A stretch of 44,373 nt of DNA, filler included, from Catajapyx aquilonaris (lineage: Eukaryota): assembly GCA_000934665.2 (NCBI GenBank). It is 2 parts of 2 records of this genome, joined end to end, with 100 filler letters (N's around TTAATTAATTAA, not from the genome) between each part and the next. Parts side by side here need not be neighbours in the genome. Positions count along the whole stretch, not along the records: positions 21,791 to 44,373 come from JYFJ02006000.1; 1 more part is not named here. The stretch is one strand, 5' to 3'. Below the pieces are notes generated by a model that saw nothing but the letters and a program-made list of their open reading frames with translations, was not told the DNA's origin and searched no databases. Positions 35,016-44,373 of this stretch are shown piece by piece (positions within the stretch are counted from its first letter, which is position 1; every line of letters begins with the position of its first letter). Both the position numbers and the translations under genes were made by a program.

Positions 35016-36705
35016 GGGGAGGTGTGGTGGCGGAGATGGTAGCGTCTCAGCTTGCTGAGTGAAAGGTACCAGGTTCTATCCCCGCCTGGGAGCTACCTTT
35101 CACCTGAGCACAGTGGGTTGCGAGGCCCGTTTAGGCCGCCCAAACATGATTTCACGAAGTTGCCTAAAATGTAGCCAATGCACCTAAGATTGAAACTACA
35201 GTGTCTAAAGCAACACATTTCACAGGAAATCCGGAAATCTTGAGCGAATGTGTCGTAATACAGGTCCCTTTGAGAGACCGCTGTTACAAGTCTTATTTAA
35301 TTGCATTCGACAAGCATTAAGTTTTTTGCCTTATTTTTTCCTGAAGTGTTTATGTTACGACTGAAACAAACATATATTGGCAAACCACACTGTACCCTTC
35401 ATATACCCAGAATACTCCCGACATACACTTTCGAGGACAAGTTTCACCCTAACATGCATAGACGTAGCACAAGGCATGAAAATTGAGCTACCAAAATTTA
35501 ATCGCATTTAACCGCGTCCTAGTGACATGAGAATGGCACATGAAAATCTCCTGAAGACGTCGCACAAACAATTACCTGCCATGACCTGCCAACTCACAAC
35601 CTATGTAACCTTATGTCCTTCGGGGCACTCGCTTCTGCTGTACAATAATCCTTCCCGAAAGTTTAGGCCAGAGATTTACAAAAATTTAAACTTACAGTAC
35701 GAATCGAAAGAGTGAGGCACCGTTAAAAGCGTCGTAAAAACGCTACGAGAGAAAAAAGGAATGATCATCCTCGTTTACAAGGAAGCTTTGATATTACTTG
35801 TTTTGTTTCAAAAAATGTTCGAAACCCTACATTTTCAACTATAAATATTAATAAATAAAGATGACTATCACGAATTGATCTTTTTATTCAATGTGGAAAG
35901 AAATAAACGCCGATGATGGGAAGAAATGCAACTAAAATCTGGACTCGAATTATAATTTTTCCGATTTCCGGAATTTTTTCTTTCATACAACGCAATAATT
36001 GACAAATCGTCAACCGCACATAGCTTGAGGACCGAGGCTCCTACAGAGTTGCGGTTTCGACTCTACTATGCACGACACACATTCATTCACATACATTCAC
36101 TAGTTGTCACATGACAAGTGATTCATGTAATTAGTTGTCATCATATTGCAATATACTTTTGTTTTGTATACATTCAGAGTGATATTATTACACAATTCCT
36201 TCACTTATCACACACACAGGAAATTAATTAATGAAAAGTAAAACTGGAAATCCAATGTTGTTATGGCTAGGACACAGCAGCAATATTGGGTCGCCATGGC
36301 AGGCGCCACGCCGCGCCGCGCGTCGTAGAGACGTAAATCTATTTTAGATGAATTTACCACTCTCGAAAACCCTTCCCTTTAAAATTTCAGGTCAATGCAA
36401 GCATATCCTGACTTTTGTCTTCGTAAACAGGGTTCACAGCCCACTGTGCTGCGTCGGGAGGGTCTCTGACCCGCACCTTGGAGGTGTCTGGCAACCTATA
36501 ACCTCCTGGGGAACAGCACATGACCCGCAATTGAGACAATGCACTTGCACCCACGTTCCCTCCCCAAAAATCCCTGTCCCTTCCCAATGTCCTTGACTCC
36601 TTGCGCCAGAGATTGAAGTAGAAAAACTATATAGAAAAATGATGGTGGTGTGCCACCCCCCTATAGAACCCGTAAGGGTCATCACGGGGCAAACAAACAA
36701 ATAAA
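35016..36705 (+). mobile_element. SINE family B split by a Transib-like insertion
   Basis: Head 35016-35108 and body 36449-36705 rejoin to match the intact 33354 copy at CACCTGCGTCGGGAGGG; TSD CATATGCATTTAGGCA / CATATGCATATAGGCA. Confidence 0.85.
35109..36448. mobile_element. Non-autonomous Transib-like DNA transposon (1340 bp)
   Basis: CACAGTGGG ... CCCACTGTG termini with imperfect TIR to ~25 bp; 5-bp flanks CTGAG / CTGCG, where the empty site in sister SINEs is CTGCG. Confidence 0.8.
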
Positions 36706-37409
36706 TACATATGCATATAGGCAAATGTTTATGACATGGTGGAAATAAGGCAACATTCCTCTTTGTAAAATTAACATTATAAAATCTTAAGATTAAAAAT
36801 TGATATATTTATCAATATTTTTCCAAGGCAAGGCAGAGTGTTACAACCGACCCACAGTGCTCCAGAATATTCAAATACCCGGACATAAATAGATTCTTAA
36901 ACTTTTTAATGCAATGCCATTATTTGGTCCAATATATTCTTAGATAATGTCTTCATGCTGTATATTACATAATTTGACCCATGTGTATTCATAGAGGTGC
37001 GTGCAGCTTCCCAAAGTCAATGGAAATTTTGCTTCAATTAAATAGTACATTTTCCGCCAGAATTGAAACGTTCATCATCAATTATGTGAGGAATAAATGA
37101 GGGGTGTGGTAGAAAAACATGATAACCGACAAAGGAGTCATTTTTCAGGAGAACGAATTTAAGTTTGCACTCTTGTCACAAATCAGCATATTACTTGAAC
37201 TTGTAACACTGGGTTTTATTATATTGCCTGACTGACTGTCTTGTTGTCCATAACTTGTGGAACACTTATTCCTGTAATTAATGGAGATACAGGGTGTAAC
37301 AAAAGTTTCCGCCGCTACTTCCGCCTCAATGACTCATGGATGACGTAATCGTAGATTTAAAAAATCCATATCTCACCAACAACGGCTCATGTTATCCCTA
37401 TACCTCATA

Positions 37410-37985
37410 CAGTAAAACTTCTATAAGTCGAACTTCCCTAAGTCGAAGAAAATGTTGAGCTTGGTTGGTGACAATGTAAAATAATAGGAAATAAACTTCC
37501 CTAACTCGAATTTCTATAACTCGAAGTTCTCCATAACTCGAAGTGCAGGCAGGGCCTTACAATGGGATATCAATGCATTTTCAGTCTCCCTAAGTCCAAG
37601 TTCATGTTGGCGAGTACGGAAAATTGTCTCATTTCCCAGCCGAAGGGTCGAGAGTAGGCCACATGTACAGGAAGGCTCAATTTCCTGATCCAGACGTAGC
37701 CAAAGAAGTGTTTGACTCGATTGTGACAATTGAATGCTTGAATCTAATAGTATAGGCAAATGTCCATAACAGAGTTTTTTTTACACCAAAACAACGAGGA
37801 ACATTGTAAGTGTGATAGTGATAGTTATTTTTAAGTTTTGAACACCTTTTGTCGCTGGATATAAAGGTAGGCTTCCTTATAGAGTTCTGTGCTTTAAACA
37901 TTCCAAACTTCTCTAACTCGAATCTTCTATAACTCGAAGTTTTTTTCCCGGTCCCATGGAGATTCGACTTATGGAAGTTTTACTG
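37410..37985. mobile_element. Tigger-like MITE, copy 2
   Basis: Highly similar to 31767-32369 throughout, same TIR. Confidence 0.9.
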
Positions 37986-38890
37986 CATATCATCCGAACC
38001 GCATTGAAAGGCCGCCCCCGCCAGATCCACTGCGCAGCTCCCATAGTCTAGGCCGTGCGTAGCATAACAGCCATAACTATTTCTGTGCGGCTACTCGGGA
38101 ATCATAAAAAAACGTAGCGGTGAGGTTTACGGGTTCAAAGAACGATTATACGCAAAATATTGCTTAGAAAGCAATCTAATTAATTGCTAAATTCTCATAA
38201 TTATGCTAAGCTTCAAACAATCTCTATGACTGCGCAAAGATCATTTTCCAATATAGCCACCTTGTAGCCAGCGGAAGATGGCTTCATACGATAAAGTCCG
38301 ACAAAGCACTCGAGCATGTGATTTTTGTGGTGAATTCTGCTGGTTTTGCTTGTGAATATGCCGAAAGCCACATTCCTTTAGGATTGATAGATTCTTTGCA
38401 AAAAAAAAATAATTAAAGCGAGTGTCCGTAAATCACGGACACGTCGGGCAGAGGGTTAATAATTTTTAAATTAACATAAGGTGTATATGTATATGAGTTA
38501 AACATGTATTTAGACATGGACGGATGTAAGGTGTGTTAATATATTCAGTATGCATACCATTTGTCTCTCCAAAGACTGAGTTACACCTCTTCCCAAACTG
38601 TCCACAAGTTTGAATGTACATCTCGTGTGAGAGTTGCTCATTCCTGGTCAACTCTCTTATTAACTGGTCATGATTTTTTGGCCTGGCTTGCTTACAGACA
38701 CTGTCTTACACCTGGCCCACAATAATTATCAGGCATTGAGAACAAAGCACTTGCAAGGAATCTGCATGACAGACAACACGGTCTTGCATTGCACACCTCT
38801 CATGAGCACAAAAGCAGAGTCAGTGCATGAGGATATGGAAGGGAAAATGAGTCACACAGGGGATTATGGGAGTACAATAAAAGATGACAG

Positions 38891-38950
<60 letters not shown>

Positions 38951-38962
38951 GTCATCGTCATC
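38891..38962. repeat. (TCA)n microsatellite
   Basis: Direct reading. Confidence 0.95.
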
Positions 38963-40429
38963 ACGACATTTCCCTATAAGGGGTAGTCAGTGATGACGGG
39001 AGCCACAAGCTAACCCAAAATATGAACTATAAGTAAAACTTGTAAAAATAAACAGGTAACTTTAAAGAACAGAATTTCCCTTGTATAACATTGACTGGGC
39101 CAGAAACCTTTGTTATACCATGTATTAAATGGACGAATGCGAATCGTATAAAAATATGGTCAGTTATCATGTTTTTCCGTTTGAGGAAGTGCCTGAAAAT
39201 ATGGCATGCTGGTTATCATCCAGCCCGTGTTGCCGTCTGGTGCATGATATGTGAACTTTGAGTATACCAAACTGTTTGTCACGTCTTTTGCATAGTTGCT
39301 AGGTGTTTAGTTCAAAGACAAAAAATGTCAGTTATCATGTCTGACGGTGGGGGAGGGGGAGGGGGGTCTGACGCAAATCACGCAATCATGCTCAATATAG
39401 TTCGGGTACTTATTATCTCCGAATCTGACCTTCTCACTAAAGATCCTACGAAACCCTTGCGTAGGCCTATATTATTGGAAAACAACAACTGTACTACAGT
39501 GTATATGCCACTATATGCCACAATAATATTATGACAGGGTGGGGCGTGTGTAAAAATCTGGGCTATAATGTGAATTACTTCCAGCCTGATGATGCGATGG
39601 TTCTGAGAGAGAAAGAGACACGTTGAAGTCAGCTCTGAGGGTTGAGTGGGCAGGGGACCAATCGAAACCCTTCATTCTGAGAGTGCCAAGAGCTCTTTCT
39701 CGCTCTTTCTGCTTGATTGCCACATTCAATCCAGCAACCATGTCAGGTGATTGTATGCCTTTCTCGCCTTCCCTCTTTCCACATCCCTCCCCCTCCCCCT
39801 CCCCCCTGCCTCTCCTTGGCCAAAAGGAATGGGTCGTTCCATACTTCTGGAAAGGTGACAGACAGACACCTAATGTATTTCCCTTCGCAACCCTAATCCA
39901 AAGACATATTTACAACTGTTGTAACACGCAGGTTCGGGGGGTGACATGTACTGTACTCCCAAGCAATCAATTAATTGCCTCATCTTGAGATAGACTATAT
40001 TGTATATTATTTTTTATCACTGTTAGTCAAAACAATCCGTTCTTTTCCACTAGTTGAAAGTGTGAATATTTCAAAGAGTATTTTTAAGCTCCGACTAGGC
40101 TATTACTTGACGTCACAGTGTGAGAGGAAATCGCATAAAATTGATGAATTGTGATGTTACCTGTAGCGAGCGTCACCGTCGCCATCAAAACAAGAGCGAT
40201 GAATATTCTGCTGATTGGTGTCCTGGTCATGCTGTAGCCTATGTACGCAGGCCTTGTATCTGTTGGTGGAAAATGGAGTAATGAGAACAGGCGCGTAGGC
40301 CTACTACTTCTTGTGTACAGGCAGTATTAGTTTGCAGTTGTCCTGAAAACCAGTAGAACTGACAAGGGAAGTGTAAGTGTTGATAATGGAGTTGCTGAAT
40401 GAAACTTGACACAATAATATAGGCAGGTA

Positions 40430-40594
40430 CAGTACTGGCCAATAATCGAGGCAACGACTAGCGACATTTTCCCGAAGCGGCAGAAGAAGGAATCGAAGAT
40501 AAGCATGCTAGAAGCCGGGCGAGCAAGATTCCTTCTTCTGCCGCTTCGGGAAAATGTCGCTAGTCGTTGCCTCGATTATTATTGGCCAGTACTG
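40430..40594. mobile_element. Tc1-like mini-MITE forming a near-perfect hairpin
   Basis: TA|CAGTACTGGCCAATAAT..GAAGGAATC (65 bp) mirrored at 40527-40594 with only a 3-nt insertion; TA TSD. Confidence 0.88.
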
Positions 40595-40597
40595 TAC

Positions 40598-40860
40598 GAC
40601 CGAGGCAGTTTGGAGTAGGGGATATGGTGTCCGACTGCTAATCGGGAGGTCCTGGGATCAAATCTCGGGGCCGGCAACTCTGACCGTGGTTTTCTGTGGT
40701 TTCCCACGGTCCTTCCAGGAAAATTCCGGAGTTGTTTCCGTAATTAACAGGCCACAGCCGCTTTCTTCCGTCCCTATCCCATCCCAAAAAGTGCAGTAAA
40801 ATGAAAGCAAAGAGTTCTAGGCAAAAAAAACTTCCCCCCTAAAGAGCCGAAAAAGGCTAT
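40598..40860 (+). mobile_element. tRNA-derived SINE, family A, copy 2
   Basis: Reverse complement match to 8125-8408 (GTCCGACTGCTAATCGGGAGGTCC..GTGGTTTCCCACGGTCCTTCC..CCCCTAAAGAGCCGA). Confidence 0.88.
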
Positions 40861-41303
40861 TAAACAAAATGCGAACCGTTTCGGCGAAAGCCTACAAGGT
40901 CAAAAGTTATGATCTCTCGAACTCACAAGGGACACTTTCCAAGGTCTCACCGATTTTCTTGAAATTCGGTACATTGGTAGGCCACCCCAAGGGATGAAAA
41001 ACGCACCTCAAGTGACCTGCTCAAAATGACCCGGTGACCCCTTTTTGGGGGCTACCAATGCACCGAATTTCAAGAAAATCGGTGAGTATTCGGCATTTAC
41101 GAGATGACCTCTGCCCCCCGAAAAGGGGTCACCGGGTCATTTTGAGCAGGTCACTCGGTGGGGTTTTCATCCCTTGGGGTGGGCTACCAATGTACCGAAT
41201 TTCAAGAAAATCGGCGAAACCTTGGAAAGTGTCCCTTGTGAGTTCGAGAGGTCATAACTTTTGACCTTGTTTGCATCCGCCTAATTTGTTTGCATTCTCT
41301 TTA
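40861..41303. mobile_element. Palindromic MITE with ~155-bp arms
   Basis: ACAAGGTCAAAAGTTATGA..GACCCGGTGACCCCTTTT / AAAAGGGGTCACCGGGTC..TCATAACTTTTGACCTTGT. Confidence 0.85.
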
Positions 41304-41820
41304 ATAACTAACTTTCCTCTATTATTGTGGCAAGTTTCATTCAGCAACTCCATTTACAACGCTTACAGTTCCCTTGAGTACAGACACAAGCACCCTTTCT
41401 TGTCTGAAAAGATCAGGAAAGATCAGAATTGAAATTGCGTCACATCAATGCGTTGCTCGGTTTTGAAACTTTTGGTGGAAGCGGTGGAAAGTTTTTGCTA
41501 AGCTAGATAAGGGACCGACAGCCAGTAAAAGGTAACTTTGTTGTCGCCAACGACGTTACCAACTGCTGGAATATTCATGCCCTCAAATTAGTGGAGTCAC
41601 CAAGGGGGGAAAACGAACTTTTCAGTATTTCGAGCATTTTCTTTTGCAAACTTAGGTTGCTCATCTGCAAGATTAGAGCATTACATTAGAGGTCTACACT
41701 ATACAGTATGTCGTGAAACTACTTCCTGGAGACAACCTTGAAAACTGTCCACTAGGAATGTTGCATTTAGTTAGTGATTGTCCAAACCTCTAGCACGACT
41801 TGTCGGCGGAGCAGCTAAGG

Positions 41821-42046
41821 CTGTGATTTCCAACCTTTTACCAACTGCGACCCCCTAAACATGTTTCCATACATGTGCGATCCCCCCCCCCCCCGGCCCA
41901 TTCTACATCTTCCCTCTTTCCAGAAAACATACACTCTGTACGGCAGCAAAAATGATTCAATTGACACAGAAATTGCAAAAAAAAGTTGAACCAAGGCTCG
42001 CGACCCCCCGCGACCCTGCCCGCGACCCCCCAGTTGGAAACCACAC
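41821..42046. mobile_element. Degenerate hAT MITE
   Basis: CTGTGATTTCCAACCTTTT..GCGACCCCC ... GCGACCCCCCAGTTGGAAACCACAC. Confidence 0.65.
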
Positions 42047-42496
42047 ACCTAATGGGTGGGGAAGGATCCACAGTTATTGTCTGTTTGGATGGTAAGGACC
42101 CAAAGTAGTCCGGGACCTATAAGCACAAAATTCAGGACGAACATCGTTGTAAATGAAACCGGTGCGGTATGTGGGTCATCATTTATGCAGTGTGTCCCCA
42201 GAGGATCGGTAGGAGGTTTAATCTAAATACAGCCGGATCCCGGTTATCCGCGCGTAATTATACTGTACTACCTATGATAAGTTTAATTTACAAATAATAC
42301 ACATTATAACATAAACAAATAAATTATAATTATTGTTATAACAATCTTGTCCTATCTTCTTATCTTCTTATACTGTATCTATATATGAGGAAGTTTGTGG
42401 GTGCATGGGTGCGTGTGTTCGCTATAGAAATCCAGGGAAATGCCCCTGCACCCCCTTTCAGTAGCATATCGGGGGTTCCATTCTACGAGGAATTTA

Positions 42497-42670
42497 GGGC
42501 CGGTTTCACCGAGCTCGGTATATATGATAATATGATAATATATATACAGGGTATACAGGATATGATAATATGATAAAACCAGGTTTCGTTTGGAAAATAC
42601 ATACAAATATGTAGGGATTTTTTGAAAGAAACCTGGTTTTATCATATACCGAGCTCGGTGAAACCGGCCC
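42497..42670. mobile_element. PIF/Harbinger-type MITE
   Basis: TTA|GGGCCGGTTTCACCGAGCTCGGTATAT ... ATATACCGAGCTCGGTGAAACCGGCCC|TTA; perfect TIR, 3-bp TTA TSD. Confidence 0.9.
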
Positions 42671-44277
42671 TTAATGCTCGATGTTTCAGCTTCCGAAATC
42701 GAGCACATCTCGCACAACACGCAACTCATCTCACTGCTCCATTTAACAATATCAACAATATACCCTCAACCATTTCTCACTTTTCAAGTTCCCATGGAGA
42801 TGCCCTCACACAACAATACCTACGTGTGTGAAGTTCGCTCATCACCTATGACAGATCCACAAAAAAGTAATGACCCGGAAGGGGGGGCAATGACCCCCAA
42901 CGACCCAGGTCAGTTTGACCTTTGACCCCTCATAGAACCCGAGATATCGAGGGTCAAAGACTGGTGGGCATAGGGGGGGGGGGCTTCGGAATAAAATCCA
43001 CCCTGTGGTAATTAATGTCAATTAAATTCTGTAACTCTCAAGTCTGTCGGAGGATCGACGGATCTTACTCGCTGTGGCGTCAAACGCGTCGATCGACGTC
43101 GCCACTGACGAGCATGGACGTCGACGCGAAGCGGTCTCGCCTGGGCTGGTTAATCGCAATTAAGAGTCGATATTGTAATCGCCGGCATGGAGCACTCCAT
43201 GCCTACAGATCGTACCGGGGGGACTTACATATTACTTAATTATTAGCCTGTGGTTATTAATGGCAATCAAATTCAAAGAATGGTGAGCCAACTTCACGCT
43301 GGCTCACCACCTACGACAGATGCACAAGAAGGGGAGTGACCCGGAATGGGGGGGGGGGGGGGNTGGATTTCGCGATGCGTTTCATGCAGTTATTACAATA
43401 TTCCCTGGTTGTCATATGCGTGGGTGAAAATGGCTGAAATTATTTTTCCTACGTGATTTGACGACGCACTAGATATTTAAGCACAAAATATCCTCTGGTG
43501 AGAATTTAGCTTATGTTATTTTTGAATGAACACTTGACCCCTCCTTATACTTAAGAAACGTTGCACAAAAAGTAAGATAAAACAACTTGCACCGCTTTGC
43601 ACCACTCGCTGACAGTATACAATAAATGGTTTAAAGCCTAACGGAAGCATGTAAAAAAATTAGCTCCCGATAGCCCTCGCTTGTCGGGTGTATGTTGAAT
43701 GACCAAGGAGGCTCCAGGGTAGAGCACTACCATGTGCGCCCACTACTTCGCACCTCGCCGGGCTACCCCCTTGATTGACAGGAAGGCTTCCACTGGCTCC
43801 TTTCACTAATCCCAGCAAGTCATTTAAATATTCACTTATCTTCATTTTAACGACAATTTTGAATTCTGCAGTGTCCATTACCTATCCTTGCATGTAAAAG
43901 TTTCTCAACAGCTATTATATTTAAGCGAAATATTACGCAAAAGTAAGAGGGTACAAGTGTTGATAATATATTATGATTTATTCAATATTGGGACAAATTT
44001 TGCATGATCAGTTGGGTTATCAAAGAACCGGACATTGCCCTAACAGCCTTAACACTAATTGAGGACTGTGGAATGTCGAGTGATGAAGAAGATTCGTAAG
44101 ATACACCAATGAAGTGATGGGCAAATTTTATGATTTTATGGTTTTATAATGCTGTTTATTTTGTTGTGTACTATCTTGTATTTAATAATTTACATGTACA
44201 CCCGCGAGCATAAAGATGGAGACGGCAGGCTGCTCTGCCAATTGCACCTATTACGGTATCAAATATACTGTCATATT

Positions 44278-44373
44278 GGGGGAGGTGTGGTGGCCGTGAT
44301 GGTAACGTCACGGCTTGCTGAGTGAAAGGCCCCAGGTTCGATCCCCGCCTGGGGAACTTTCCTTTCACCTGCG
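44278..44373 (+). mobile_element. SINE family B head (runs off window end)
   Basis: Nearly identical to 33354-33449. Confidence 0.88.

Noticed and set aside
38670..38993. Poly-Ser ORF
   Set aside because: Produced by a (TCA)n microsatellite.
39529..39847. Minus-strand open frame after a CTTTCCAG acceptor, candidate further exon of the membrane protein
   Set aside because: Low-complexity purine tract, no convincing donor or similarity; cannot be supported without transcripts.

Overview
Eukaryotic genomic DNA, most likely arthropod (spliceosomal GT-AG introns, tRNA-derived SINEs, dense MITEs, TTAGG-type repeats); no prokaryotic features, rRNA or CRISPR. The window appears to be two unrelated contigs joined by an artificial N/TTAATTAATTAA spacer at 21691-21790. 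Left contig: a possible orphan terminal exon (~3040-3512); a tandem pair of two-exon genes for secreted Cys-rich DUF4789-like proteins (6369-7313 intact; 9323-11069 disabled by two stops and two frameshifts); and the last seven coding exons of CARMIL/LRRC16A on the minus strand (19021-21233). Right contig: two minus-strand exons of an unrecognised mucin-like type I membrane protein (34431-34771 and 23553-24158). The rest is an unusually diverse, often nested set of non-autonomous elements (mariner foldback, pogo/Tigger, hAT, piggyBac, PIF/Harbinger, Transib, Helitron, CACTA-like, three SINE families, decayed LINEs). Most ORFs in the supplied track are spurious. All family assignments come from motif recognition by eye, not database searches.
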